From the NCBI GenBank assembly GCA_030264375.1, contig JASCQW010000175.1, forward strand, positions 4,058,333 to 4,122,332: a DNA stretch of 64,000 bases. The letters run 5' to 3'. Below, piece by piece: positions 25,984 through 40,314 of the stretch. Both the position numbers and the translations under genes were made by a program. Under the pieces are notes generated by a model. It had not been told where the DNA came from, searched no databases, and was given only the letters and a program-made list of their open reading frames with translations. Origin of the DNA: Carcharhinus longimanus. Lineage: Eukaryota. Position 1 is the first letter of the stretch; each line of letters starts with the position of its first letter.

Positions 25984-26275
25984 CCATGATGTGGCGACAC
26001 CGGCATTGGACTGGGATGGGCAATGTAAGAAGTCTCACAGCACCAGAGTAAAGTCCAACAGGTTTATTTGGAGTCACGAGCTTTTGACCACTGCTGGATC
26101 AGGTGAGTGGAGGGTTAGGTTCACAAACTGTAAAGACCGGCATTATCTTGCAACTGTGTCTCTGTCTATAGATGCCGTGTTTGTGTAGCTATCTCTCCAC
26201 TCACCTAGAGAAGTAGTGCTCCAAAAGGTTGCGATTCCAAATAAACCTGTTAGTGTTGAGACACTTCTTACTGTG
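25984..26275. mobile_element. Penelope-like insertion made of two inverted terminal-repeat arms, with 12-bp target-site duplication
   Basis: Left arm gtaagaagtctcac...aacaggtttatttgga...caggtgagtggag is the reverse complement of right arm ctccactcacct...tccaaataaacctgtt...cttcttac; flanks ctctattggtag at 25972-25983 and 26276-26287. Confidence 0.8.
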
Positions 26276-26479
26276 CTCTATTGGTAGGAGCTAAATGTAC
26301 CTTGGGCTTCACAACATGTACAATTTCAAAACACAACATACTTTTTCAAAAAAGAGAAATCCCTTCTTAGCCCCTCATTGGGGGCGAATGCTTCTGTGCC
26401 TCTGTGATGGCTTTCTTCACACTGGCAACACACATTAAAACCTAAGCCCACATAACTATCCAATGCAGTTGAAGCTTTC

Positions 26480-26591
26480 AGCTATCATGGCGACCTTGGA
26501 TCCAGAAGCACCACAATATGAAAATTTGCAATTACTTTCAAATGTCTGTAGCAACTGTAATTATTTTTAAGAACGTTTGACAAGGGTTGCA
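26480..26591. repeat. 112-bp direct repeat, copy 2
   Basis: Matches 24981-25092, offset 1499 bp. Confidence 0.95.
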
Positions 26592-27802
26592 TCAATCATG
26601 AAAGGGCGAATTGTGTTTGTTAAAAAATAGAAATACTGATCTGTGTGCCTCAGTGGTTCTTGACATGGAAGCAGTATTAAAAGGAAGACAATTATGACAG
26701 AAACTGTGTGGTTGACGGACACTAGGGAGAGTTGGAGACCAAAGGTAATCAGCACACAAATGCTGACACAAAAATGCTCCAGCAGGACACAGGTATCAAC
26801 CTCATGGTGTGTTTAGCAGCAGCCAAGTTCTGTACAAAGAGGCAAGTTTTCTAGATAGGGAACTTGCCACCAGGATTGATGTAACCTGCAGAAGTGAGAA
26901 TTTGTAGACGTCAGTATTAACTATATCCAGGGTCTCAGGTAGACTCCATCTACCAGTGAATGCAATTTAAAGGCAGAACTGATTTAAGTGGGAAAATGAG
27001 AGCTCGTGCATACCAGGCACACGAAGCCACACTTGTGTTGGGAGTAATACGGCTANNNNNNNNNNNNNNNNNNNNNNNNNNNNNNNNNNNNNNNNNNNNN
27101 NNNNNNNNNNNNNNCATTTAGTTTGTATTGATTCCTATTCATATTAAAAGTTACACAGTGTAACAATGTTAGCAATTTCTTCTCTTTGGGCGTCATTCAG
27201 CAAATTAGGTTATCTTGGTTTATGTCTCCCCCATGGGTTCAAAAGTATGAAAGCTCTTGCTTTGTAACAGAAATCTGTTTATTAAATGTATCAACGGGAC
27301 TGAGGTGATCAGTATAAATTGCCTTTGAGCACAAATAGAAACCCCGTTTATCTGAATTTTTTTTCAATGAACATACGAACAGAGATAGCTGGAACACTGG
27401 ATTGAGTGGGAAGCGAGTTGAGTACAAACAAATCAAACTAAAGAAAAGGTTTGTGGCTTGATTTTGGCTTCAACCACCAGTTTGGATCCTATCAATTCCA
27501 TTCCCTTATAAAACTTTGCACACCCAATTTTAAATATTGTGCATGAATTCTACCAGTTAAGATTCCAGAAACGAAGTAGTACTGTTCCAAATAAATGCAA
27601 ATTACGTTTAAGTACTGTTATTCCAACTGTTTTACTTTGATACACAGTCTGAAAGAAATATTGATTCAGTTTGGCTCAAGTGCATTAATTACTGGCTGTT
27701 AATGGTTTTAACAAATTTTAAAATTCCAAAATTTTAAAGGACTTATCAACTTCAGAGTTAGCTTTTACAATTATTTTTTAAGGAAACTAAGCCAATACTC
27801 AC

Positions 27803-27921
27803 TTGTTCTTTGGTCTGAGCTTTCTGAACATAGTCCCTCCCAACTTTAATACGAGGAGTGAGGATCGCCCTGCTGAAGTCAGTTACATTGATTCCCAGCA
27901 GATGGCAGACTTTTTGGGCAG
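27803..27921 (-). CDS. MYH9: MYH9 119-nt exon (exon 11 equivalent), [40 protein letters not shown]
   Basis: cacag acceptor, gtgagt donor; contained in ORF 27758..27940. Confidence 0.97.
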
Positions 27922-28059
27922 CTGTGAAGCAAAAACACATTGAAGACTGCCATTAAGAATCTAATGTTTTGCTACCGAACAACAAAATATTAGCTGCACC
28001 TTCAACAAGCAGAAATACAATATAGTATAGCAATATTTGTGTACATGGATCAAATTATA

Positions 28060-28860
28060 GCAACATATGGAGTTAACAGCACAGAAACTGGTGATTTGGT
28101 CCAATACCTATGTTTCACATGAGTCTTTTTCCACACCTCTTCATTTCAGCCCATCAGCATATCCTTCTATTCCCAAAACTTTCACCAACATGATCAAGCT
28201 TGCCCTCAATTGCATCTACAGCTTCAACAGTTACTCCATGTGGAGTAGGTATTATGTTTTAACCACACTCTCGAGCAAGAGTATTTTTCAGAATTATTAC
28301 TAAATTTATTAGTGACTAGATTTATGACAAATAATTCTGGACTTCCCCTAACAAATGGGAGCATATCTACATCTACTCAGTCAAATATCCCATCAGGTCA
28401 TCTTTTATCCATCTCTTTTCTAGGGCGGGTGGGTGCTTATAAAGCTTCAGTTCTGGCATCTTTGGAAATCTTTAGGTAATACAATTTATTTTTATTAATA
28501 TAGTACTTTGCTCTGGTCTGGTCTCCAAGTGTGATCTAACAAAGGTCTGTACATATTTAACAACTTCTATGCTTTTAATTTGTAGATGAATAAAATTAAG
28601 TCCAATGCTTTGTTTGCACATTTATTGGTTTTGTTAGCCTGGGTTGCTGGTTTTCATGCTTTGTGAAACTGGAACCCTTGATCCCTTTCTTCTTCTACCC
28701 CATTTAGACACGAGTGGTGGCTTCCTCAGCCCTCATACCAAACTAGACCACTTTGCACTTACCAATATCAAAACAAAATTTACATCCCCATTCTGCAAGT
28801 TTGTTAGTATCTTTTCGTATTTTGTTGCGCTCTTCCTCCATATCAATCAATTAATGTGTA
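28060..28860 (-). mobile_element. Old CR1 3' fragment
   Basis: acagcacagaaactgg tail, ccatgtggagtaggtattatgttttaaccacactc, decayed RT 3' region. Confidence 0.55.
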
Positions 28861-28889
28861 ATATTCTACTTATGATTCACGATTCTAAA

Positions 28890-29175
28890 TTATTTAAGTT
28901 CATTTATTTGTCACATATAAGGCTTACAGTAACACTGCAATGAAATTACTGGTGATATTCCCTTAGTCGCCACACTCCAACATGTGTGTGTTCAGCACCA
29001 TGCACCTAACTAGCATGTCTTTCAAATTGTGGCAGGATACCAGAGCACCCGGAGGAACCCATGCAGACATGGGAAGAATGTGCAAAGTCTACACAGACAG
29101 CGACCCAAGCCAGGATTTGAACCTGGGTTCCTGGCTCTGTGAAGCAGCAGTGCTAATCACTGTGCCACCATGGGG
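28890..29175 (-). mobile_element. HE1-like V-SINE
   Basis: cagagcacccggaggaacccatgcagacatgggaagaatgtgcaaagtctacacagacag...gcagcagtgctaatcactgtgccacc. Confidence 0.85.
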
Positions 29176-29559
29176 CGAATGGATCTGATCCGCAATGGTT
29201 GACTTGCCATCACTTGTACTTTTAGCAACATGGCACCATAATAAAGTTGAAATAACTTCCAAAAAAATAAATACCAATTGTGCAAAATTTTACACACCAT
29301 TTTCTTTTTGACCCAACCAGTATGGGTCCTAACCTAGTGTAGTGTTTTCTCTTAGCAGACAAGATGAACAGGCTATTGATATTTGTTTTGTGTTTGCTCA
29401 TTCACCTTTTGTTTCCCCGCCCTCTGTTTTTGTATTTCCAGCTGAATTATTTGGTGCCAGCGACATGCTGTATCATCATACTCTTCGTGTTTGATCTGCC
29501 AGCCTACACATCACCCACCAACTTCCCAGCAGTCCTCTCCCTCTTCCTGCTCTATGGGT

Positions 29560-29826
29560 AAGTCAAGTGACACAGACATAACTACTGAAGCTTTATATGA
29601 CCCTTGTCAGACCCCACTTGGAGTACTGTGCGCAGTTCTGGTCACCTCAATTCAGGAAGGACATGGAAGCCATTGAAAGGGTACAGAGGAGATTTACAAG
29701 GATGTTGCCTGGATTGGGAGGCATGCCTTATGAGGAGAGGTTGAAGGAGCTCTGTCTTTTCTCCCTGGAGAGACGAAGGATGAGAGGTGACCTGATAGAG
29801 GTTTATTAGATGTTGAGAGGTATAGA
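29560..29826 (+). mobile_element. Relatively young CR1 ORF2 C-terminal fragment
   Basis: [68 protein letters not shown]. Confidence 0.9.
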
Positions 29827-29926
29827 NNNNNNNNNNNNNNNNNNNNNNNNNNNNNNNNNNNNNNNNNNNNNNNNNNNNNNNNNNNNNNNNNNNNNNNNNN
29901 NNNNNNNNNNNNNNNNNNNNNNNNNN

Positions 29927-30200
29927 GCACAAGGACCCCCAGGTCCCTCTGCACCGTAGCATGCTGCAGCTTTTCGCCTTTTAAATAATAATCCCTCCTA
30001 CTACTATTTCTGCCAAAGTGGATAACCTCACACTTGCTAACATTATACTCCATCTGCCACGTCCTCACCCACTCGCTCAGCCTATCCAGATCTCTCTGCA
30101 GACCTTCCACACCCTCCACGCGATATGCTTTTCCACTCATCTTCGTCAGCAACTTTCGTCACCCTACACTCAGCACCCCCCTCCAGATCATCTATATACC
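29927..30200 (-). mobile_element. Relatively young CR1 RT fragment
   Basis: LQRDLDRLSEWVRTWQMEYNVSKCEVIHFGRNSSRRDYYLKGEKLQHATVQRDLGVLV. Confidence 0.9.
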
Positions 30201-31029
30201 AGATGTTACATTTGTCTTTTGCTCAAGGACACCTCAAATAGAGTAACAGCGTATTTATTAAGTATTCGCTATTCAAAAGCAGCAGTTGCAATTTTAATTG
30301 TTCGTGTGACCTACTTCATGAATACTCTTCTAGAGATATGAAATCTTCTATTTTTCTTTCCCCTTCCATCCTTACCTTCCTTTGTGGCTCAGTTTGGCCA
30401 GTCTTCCCAACTGCAGGTTTGGAGAGATGTATATAAAATGACTTGCATAATGATACTGGACAAATTTCACCACTTTGTGTTCAAACACATTCTGCCTACC
30501 TCATGTAATAGGGCATGACTGTAACTTGTAAATCCTCATCTATTATTTTAGTCTGTGAATGCTCTGCCAGTCTCTCAACAAAGAAAGAAGTAATTTAAAG
30601 CTAGTAATTAAGATACCCAATTGGAGTGTGGAGCAACCACCCAATTTATGTTTGTCAACGTTAAGACATAATTGCAATTTAAAGACAGATGGAATCAAAC
30701 ATTGTAAATTGCCTGCTGAAATAGTCAATTGCGCCACTAGAATTTAAAATTAAGTCACATTTATATAAGATCCTTAACATATTACATCAAGACATTTCAT
30801 AGGAGTCATAGATAAAATGCAACTTTGAGCCATACAGGGAGGTGTTTATTTTGACAGGAGCACCTTCAGATTTATGCAGTATCCTAACAGGGAACAACTT
30901 GTGAGCAGCTTGCACGATACCTTCAAGATTATTATGCAGGTGTGCAAGCGTACAGCTTAGCAGGGGACATTACTTACCACCTTTCGAAAACATGAGATCA
31001 TCCAAAACGCCTATGTCCTAACTCATAGC

Positions 31030-31500
31030 TCGTCTCATCCACCCATCTAGCCTGTGCTCATCCTTTTTTCCCCTCCATGAAGCCACTCCTTAAAAGCTAC
31101 ATCTTTGACTAAGCTTCTGGTCATCAGCCCTAATATCTCTATCTGGCTTGATATCAGATTTTGCTTGATAACACTGTGGTTTACTGCATTAAAGGCACTG
31201 CATAAATCTAATTGCTGTAGATTGCTGAAGGCACAGCTACCGATGGAGGAGGCAAACAAAATAGGTATACAGGAGAGCCGCGATTTAAAAAGGAGAGTTC
31301 TTCAAGGGTTGAAGGGCTGGAGAAGTTCCAGAGATAGGAAATGGAGAGTGTCTTTAGGAAGAAAATGCAAATTTGAGAAATTGGTGAACTAGAAGTCAAG
31401 GTCAATGAGCCAAGCACAGAGGTGTTGGGTGAATAGGGCTTGGTTTGACTCAGTTTTGGATGAGCTCTGGTTTACGAACAGTGGATGAGGAGGCGAGTTC
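31030..31500. mobile_element. Old L2/CR1-group LINE remnants (plus-strand tail then antisense fragment)
   Basis: ccttaaaagctacatctttgactaagcttctggtca...taaaggcactgcataaatctaattgctg resembles an L2-group 3' end. Confidence 0.45.
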
Positions 31501-32354
31501 CACACTAACTTGAAAAGAAATTTGCTCTATTAGGAGTAACCTGGCAAATAAGCCACTTCCAAAACGTCCTATTTCTCAAATCTGCCATCCTGCTTATGGA
31601 ACTTTCACATTCTTTACACCTACCAAGTATTGTTACATTTGAGCCTAATTATATTTGTAAAACAGGAAACTAGGAGAAAGGTCTAAACACAAAAGAATAC
31701 ATTATTTCAAATTCAGCTTTTATTTCACATATTGACTTCGACAAAATATACCCTACTCTCAATAGTTAAATACAAAACTTCGAAGCTAGTTTAGAATAGT
31801 TAGAGACTAGCTCGCTGTCTGAATAATCACAATGTGATAATGTAAGAAAATGACAGCACCCTGTCTATACACTGTAGATCACTATTGCAGAAACCAAACA
31901 TGACTGTATGCAATGCAACTAACTTAAACTGTACAATCTGTAAATCCACACCACTCAAGGATTAGAAAGATGCAAGTGTAGAAGTGATAATTAGACCTTA
32001 GAGATGCCATTTACTGATTACTGTTTTTGCATTTGGTACACCTTAGAGCACCTTAAATAGTTGATTCTGCCAGAAGAAAAAGTCTCTTGTTAACTCGCTA
32101 TACACAGCGACTTTGAAATTGATAATACAAGTGATTAATTGACTGCTTTGCCTTTTGGTTGTCTTCAACAACTGTTTGTTTAAAACATAGGACATTCTAA
32201 ATGGTGGAGAATAGACCAATTTTAAAAGAAAATACATTTCAACCAAACAAATGCTTTGAAATTTGAAATACACAGTGCAATAAGATTATTCATCGAGAAC
32301 AAGACGACATGAAGTTGAATTCTCATACAATTCTCCAAGTTTCAGTCTGTTTAC

Positions 32355-32450
32355 CTGTATTATCAGGCATGGAGGCCTGGTCGGTGTTGCGCTCCTTCTT
32401 GAAGATTATATTGCCAAATTGAAGTACAGCAGAAACAACCTTTAGCATGG
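32355..32450 (-). CDS. MYH9: MYH9 96-nt exon (exon 10 equivalent), [32 protein letters not shown]
   Basis: ctctctccag acceptor, gtaaac donor, phase 1-1. Confidence 0.96.
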
Positions 32451-32559
32451 CTGGAGAGAGGCAAAATTAAATGCATAACTTTATCAAACATATGTAAATG
32501 ACAAATGCACTAGCACACATTGGGTTGATGCATTGCATCCTAGAACAAGACACTGCTAA

Positions 32560-32872
32560 ATCACTACAATGCAGCAGGAGGCCATTCAACCAAATTGGGT
32601 CTGCAACAGCTGTCAACACAGCATCTTACCAAGGCCCTATTCTTGTAACCCCATGTTTTTACCCTGTTAATCAGCCAAAAACACACACCTTGGGGTACTA
32701 ATTTACCAAGGCCAATCCACGTAACCTGCATATCTTTGGACTGTGGGAGGAAACCACAGTGCCCAGAGGAAAAACAGAATCATGGGAAGAACATGCAAAC
32801 TCCACACAGTGACACAAGGCTGGAATTCAATCTGGGTATCTGAGGCAACAGTGCTAACTACTGTGCCACCAG
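32560..32872 (-). mobile_element. HE1-like V-SINE
   Basis: ctttggactgtgggaggaaaccacagtgcccagagg...catgcaaactccacacagtgac...agtgctaactactgtgccacc. Confidence 0.85.
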
Positions 32873-33149
32873 TTGGGCCATTTAGTTGAGTGTGCAAATC
32901 AGGAGGGCAGGAAGAATCACCTAGTTCCTGCTGGATATTTCCACTTAATGCTTGCCAAAATGTAGCAATGGAAGAGATTCAAATAGGTTGCATGTTTGTT
33001 CTTGGTTGAGGAATGTCACAGAGACACAGGAAGAGTGTGAATGATAAATTTATTGGGGTGATTCATCTTTTATCTTTGCTAGTAGGTGCATTTGCTAATT
33101 ATGCTAACCAATATGTAGTAATCTAAAGGAAGGACTGCAGGGATTATAG

Positions 33150-33990
33150 ATTGGAACGTAGGAGTCTGATTGGCCTTTTCAGTTAGATCATAGCTGATCA
33201 TCTACATCAGCACCACTTTCCTGTACTGTATTTTTTCATGGCATGAGTATCCAGAAATCTATCAATTTCTGTCTTGAGCGTGCTCAATGATTGAGTTTAA
33301 CACCCTCTGAGGTAGAGAATTCCAAAGGTTCATAGCCATCTGACTATAGTCCTACCATCCTTGGATGCAGCACAACAGATAAAAATCTCAACATTCAGCA
33401 AATGAAACAAGGGTGTGGTTTCTTTGTCAGATTGTAAAGGGCTTGCAATAACAGATTTGAGGGTTTTGGTGGCTGAGAAGTTGGAATTTCAATAGCAAAA
33501 ATGAAAAAAAGTGCTGACTACATATAAAAGGCAGCAAAGTCGAAACGGCACAGCTCTTGATGAGGCCACAACTGGGGTCCAGTACTTTGTTTTGGTTTCC
33601 ATATTCTGGGTAAAACATTTTGATTATTGGTGAGAATCCAGAAGAGTGTTATACGGCCAAATTCATGAACTTAAAACTGAATTATTCACCCTGGGAGTTT
33701 ACCCTCTGAAATGGGAGGTGAGAAGTGGGAAAATATAAACTGCCTTAAAACTTTCTTGGGCATGAAGAATTTGGATCCAGGAAAGTCTGCCAGAGATGGT
33801 ACTCAATGACTTGGGGGGCATAGCTTGAAGTCTAGTACACTAGAGCAAAATAACTTTAGACAACTGTAAAATGGAAAGCACGACTGAATTGTGGAATATA
33901 CTGCCAAAACAAGGGGGTAAATGGAATCACAAACCAAAAGATTTTTTATTATGGGCTACTACAGTTCCAAGAATCAAAACAGAGAACATA
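33150..33990. mobile_element. Two old CR1 3' fragments (minus about 33150-33360; plus about 33430-33990)
   Basis: ggtagagaattccaaagg CR1 tail signature; gaggccacaactgg...gtttggtttcc (RPQL...FWFP). Confidence 0.5.
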
Positions 33991-34923
33991 AGAGGTTTGT
34001 GCAATGTTTTAATTATCTTCTATCTGAATAATAACACTACTAAGAGACAATTAATAAATGTAATAACTATTGCTTCAGCATAAGCTTACTCAGCATATTT
34101 CCACTGAAAGTTTCAACTCTCATCTACATTCTGATGTAGGGTAATAAGCCTCTCAGCCATAGCAACGAGGATTTTTATTTTAAATACCAACATCGCTATG
34201 TTGCCCGCGACCCAAGAAGAATTTGTTTTAAAACTATTATTGCACTTGAATACAACAATGTAATATCCACCCCACCACCAACAGGGCTGTACTAATGCTT
34301 AAAAACATTTTATAGATTAACAGATCTAACCATTTCAAACAAAGTAACAGATCTGTTTGCTTTGTAAAGACTGTTCCTCAGTTTGGTCCGCTCACCCCAC
34401 AATTTTATCAGCGGAATAAAATTTTTGTGCCAATACTGGTGATAGATATTATTTAAACTCAATATGTGCCCAGTGGTAACGTGACAATAAATATTCTATT
34501 GCATGAACTTATTTTGCTATTTCAAATATTTTAGCATATATTCGAAAGCGAAGTTAGCAGTTTAAGCTTAAACTGACCATCTGTTTCCGAAAATGTTTCA
34601 ACATTCTACATTAACAACTACAGGTACTGGAGCCATTTCCCGCCGAAGTAATCACAATTTTTAGATTTATCACAGAAACCTCAGTATGAAACAGATACAA
34701 GCCACAGGTCAACTAATACATACACTTGATTTTAAATAAACTGTATTAACTTCAAGCCTTAGTTAACAAAAAAAACTGGTAAATTAGGGAACTGGGGAGA
34801 AGGTTGCTTAATGTTGTTTAAATGGTTTGCCATTATCAATATGAATCTCAAGTGTATATATATCACACACACGCACACACACATGCAATATTCAACCATT
34901 TGTTATTACTCAGCAAAGCGTAC

Positions 34924-35067
34924 CAATTATTTCGTCATCAGAAATTCCCATGATTCGAAAAGCCTCCATTGTTTCCTGAAACAAATCCTTGTCTTGTTGT
35001 CCAGGAATGGTAACGTGACCGTTAGAGACAAATCTGTAGTTATTGTAACCCTCTAACAACAGATCAG
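34924..35067 (-). CDS. MYH9: MYH9 144-nt exon (exon 9 equivalent), [48 protein letters not shown]
   Basis: ttacag acceptor, gtacgc donor, phase 1-1, open frame. Confidence 0.96.
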
Positions 35068-35469
35068 CTGTAAATCAAAGACATTCCATACATTAGCATT
35101 AGAAAAAGTAGGCAAACTTGTATATAGAATCTTTCATGAGCTCAGGATATCAAATAATGCTCCACAGTTAATGCAATACTGAGGCACTGTCAGTAAACCA
35201 AGAGTGAAACCAGTCAACAGTACAAAGGTTGAGAATCTCTAGAGGCTCAAAGGAAACTGGTCAATTTTGCAAACACTGAACTAGCAGAATCTAAGAAAGC
35301 AACTCAATCTCAAATGATTTAGACAAAATGCTTAAGATGACAAATCAAATTTAATACACTTTTTAAACTGACATGGAGCTGGAAGGAGTAGAAGTATGTT
35401 CCTTCAAGTTTCAAAGTACTTTTCTGGTTGCAACCTAAATCCAAATTAATAATAGAGATGAGAATTAAG

Positions 35470-37450
35470 AAAGTTCAGAGCAGAGTAGAAGCAATACAGA
35501 TAGAGAAGCTAAAAAAGAAAAAGAGACTGGCAGCTAACAATAGGAATTCCAAAGGTTTTCTACAGGCATACAAGTATGAAAAGGAAGAATGGGGCTCATT
35601 AAGCAAGACGTGACGTGGCTGAGATATTAATTTGGGTATTTTTCATTGGCATTATCTCCTTTCTAAGTGAGGACCAAAGTCATGGCAAAAGAGAAGGGAG
35701 TTGAGATACTGGTTGGACTAAGTACTGACTTAGAGGAAGGTTTATAAAGGTTGACTGTACTTAAAATAAATCAGGACTAGATCAGTTGCATTCTTGGGTA
35801 TTGTGGGAAGTAAGGGTGGAGATTGCAGAGGCACTGGCTGTAATCTTCTAACATTTCTGAGGTAGTGTGGTGCTGTCAAAGGACTAGAGAATTGCAAATG
35901 ATACAGCTTGTTCAAAAAGGGTGAAAATATAAGCCTAGCAATTACAGATCTATCAGTTTAACCTCTGTGGTGGAAATGCTTTTAGAAATGGTAATCCAAG
36001 AACAAAAGCATTCACTTGAACCAACGTGGATTAGTTAAGGAAAGCCAGCACGGATTTCCTAAAGGAAACTGATGTTTAACTAACTGGTTGATTTTTCTGA
36101 TGGGGTAACAGAAGACTGGTATGATAATTATCCTCACAGTCCCCACATTTCCGTGGTTTCTCTCCAGTGTGACTGCTTTTTATCTTGAAAGGCCAGGTGA
36201 TTGGCTGAAGCCTCGTCCACACTCAACACATATACAGTTTCTCTCCAGCATGAGCAGTGCTTTTTCCTTCCAGATATATTCAGGTTTTGATAAACTGCTA
36301 ACTCCGTTAGGCTGTGATGTGAAATTCAGTTGGAGTTTTCCCGACAAATCCTAAAACCCCACTAGATGACGGTGCACGTGGATTTCCAAAAGATGTTTGA
36401 TAAAGTGCCACGTAACAGGCTTGTCAGCAAAGTTGAAGGCCATTGACTAAAAAAGTGTCAGCATGGACACAAAATTGGATAAGTGGCCTGAAACAGTAGT
36501 GCTGAATGACTATTTATCAAGCTAGGTGAAGGAATATAGTGGGGTTAGCCAGTGGTCAGTATTAGGATCTCTGTTTTTTTGATCTACATTGACAATCCAG
36601 ACTTGGGTTGCAGGACTAATTCCAACATTTGTGTATGACAAAATAGGAAGCAGCGTGAACCGTGGTCTCCAAACTTCAGGAAAGACTTAAAACAATTGGA
36701 GAGAGTCCAGAATAGAGTTGCGAGGTCAAATTCTTGAACTTAAAACTGAATTATGAGAAAAGATCACCCACTGTGATTTTATCCTCTTAAAGGTGGGAAA
36801 TCTTAAAGGGTTTAAAAACTCTCTTAGGCACAGAGAATTTTAATCCAGGAAAGTCTTGCTAGAGATGGTACTCCAAGGCTTGGAATAATTTGAAGTTTAT
36901 AATGCAGACCAAACTAAATTTAGGCAACTCTATAGAAGAGACAATGGACTTGAAACATTAACTGTGTTTCTCTTTCCACAGAAGTTGCCAGACATGCTGA
37001 GTTAATACAACATTTTCTGTTTTTATAATCTATAGAGAAGATTTAATTGAATGGTTACAGGATTAGGGATTTCAGTTACATGAATAGATTGAAGAACAAA
37101 TTTAGAGATTTGACAGAGGCTTGAGGGATCTGGACAGAATAGATAACAGAAACTCTTCCCATTGGCATAAGGGCTGAGAGAACCAGAGGACAAAAGAAGC
37201 AACTGTGACACGAGAAAAAATTATTTTTCTTAAACCAAGTGATTAGGATCCTGAACACACTGCCTGTGAGAGTGGCAGATTCAATCGTAGCTTTCAAAAA
37301 GGAATTCAATAACGATCTGAAAAGTAAAAGATTTGCAGGGCTATGGGGAAAATGTGGGCAGTTGGACCAGCTGATTTGCTCTTGCAGAGAGCCAGGCCAG
37401 ACACAATGGGTCAACTGGCTTTCACCTGTATTATAACCATTCTATGGTTC
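35470..37450 (+). mobile_element. Composite of degenerate CR1 fragments with a short Penelope-like tail at about 36945-37025
   Basis: PSNYRSISLTSVVEMLLE, KESQHGFPKG, DFQKMFDKVP, QWSVLGSL; IRILNTLPVRVADSIVAFKKEF. Confidence 0.7.
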
Positions 37451-37806
37451 TACACTCAAAATTATATAGTGCTCTGGTGAGAGACTGCAAAGAGATTAAG
37501 CTTGAAAGAAAATGAACTTGAGATATGCAAGGAAGCAGTATCGAAAACACAGATCTGGAACATTACAGAAGGAAATTGATTTAAATTCAAGAATGGTTGT
37601 AAACATTAAGATTGCAAATGAGGAAACTTTTGTTCATTCTAAAAATTATAAATACTTGGAATCAATTTATGGGCGAGATAGTAAATAATTAAATGGCTTT
37701 TGCATTTAAGAAATATTTTGACATGATGCAAGTACTTCAAACTGATTTAAACAAAGATTGGCAGACACCCTCCTTGTCATCTGCATCTTTCCTTTGAAAT
37801 TATTCA

Positions 37807-39248
<1,442 letters not shown>

Positions 39249-39429
39249 TTAAACACTCGTAAGAAAATAGACACATTGAATAGAAATTATTTTGTTCTTC
39301 TAAACTTCAAGGAGCAACAGTAGTTCTGTTTTCATTCAACACATTTGTAACAAAGGGTGTTTTGAAACCAAAATAATAAAATTATACAACCAGTTATAAA
39401 TTAATTATTTAGCAGCTCAACGTAAGGAA

Positions 39430-39725
39430 GCTGGTGACTTAATAATCATGTCACTGGACTAGCAATCCGAAGCCTCGCTGCTCTGGGGAACTTGAAAGTT
39501 AGTCCCTTTATTGGTGATCATGATAATAGTTGTAAAAACCCATCTGATTCACTAATGTTCTTTAGGGAAGAAAAATCTGCCATCTACCCAGTCTGTGATT
39601 CCAGACCAATGTCAGTAACTTCTAACAGCTCTCTGAAATGCTTAGCAAGACTGTTCATGGACAATTAAGGATGGGCAGCAAATGCTGACCTTGCCAGTAT
39701 CACCCATATCCCAGAAAATCATTTT
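39430..39725 (+). mobile_element. tRNA-derived SINE, same family as 6759-7088
   Basis: gtaaaaacccatctgattcactaatgttctttagggaag...aaggatgggcagcaaatgctgaccttgccag. Confidence 0.7.
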
Positions 39726-39772
39726 CAAAAATCCAGGGACATGTTGCAGTTCACCAGTTTTAACAGGCATTA

Positions 39773-39886
<114 letters not shown>

Positions 39887-40274
39887 TCACAGCAGTACTT
39901 CGATTAGTTATTGGAATATGTGCTTTGCAAACAGAACTGGATAGAGAATTGAGAGGACTTTGAAGTATTGTTTACAGATTAGCAGAAGACTTTGATGCAA
40001 CATCAAAAACTTTACAAGTAACAGCTGGTTGCCATGAGGGTACAAATATATGCTTTTGGTCACCCTGAAATGTAACGCAAACATATTTATCTGGTAATAG
40101 AGTATTTTCCCAGACAGACCATCTGGAAAAAGTCAAGAATTTTTCTTATTCATAAACAACAACAACAACTGAACTGTAGGTGGCACAAGCACCATTTAAT
40201 CTAAAAACAACAAGCCGATAATTTCTTCAAGGCAAATTTTCCAAAGTGGCTTGCTATCGGGGAATGGAGGGATG

Positions 40275-40314
40275 TGGTGGTGGTGGTGGGGAGGGAGGGA
40301 GGGAGGGAGGGAGG
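40275..40314. repeat. (TGG)n(GGGA)n microsatellite
   Basis: gtggtggtggtggtggggagggagggagggagggagggagg. Confidence 0.9.

Noticed and set aside
30835-30975. hAT-like MITE (cagcttagcaggggacatt end)
   Set aside because: Only one possible terminal repeat is visible, with no partner or TSD.
40259-40314. Functional G-quadruplex
   Set aside because: It is a simple repeat whose G-rich strand is the template for MYH9, and there is no further evidence of function.
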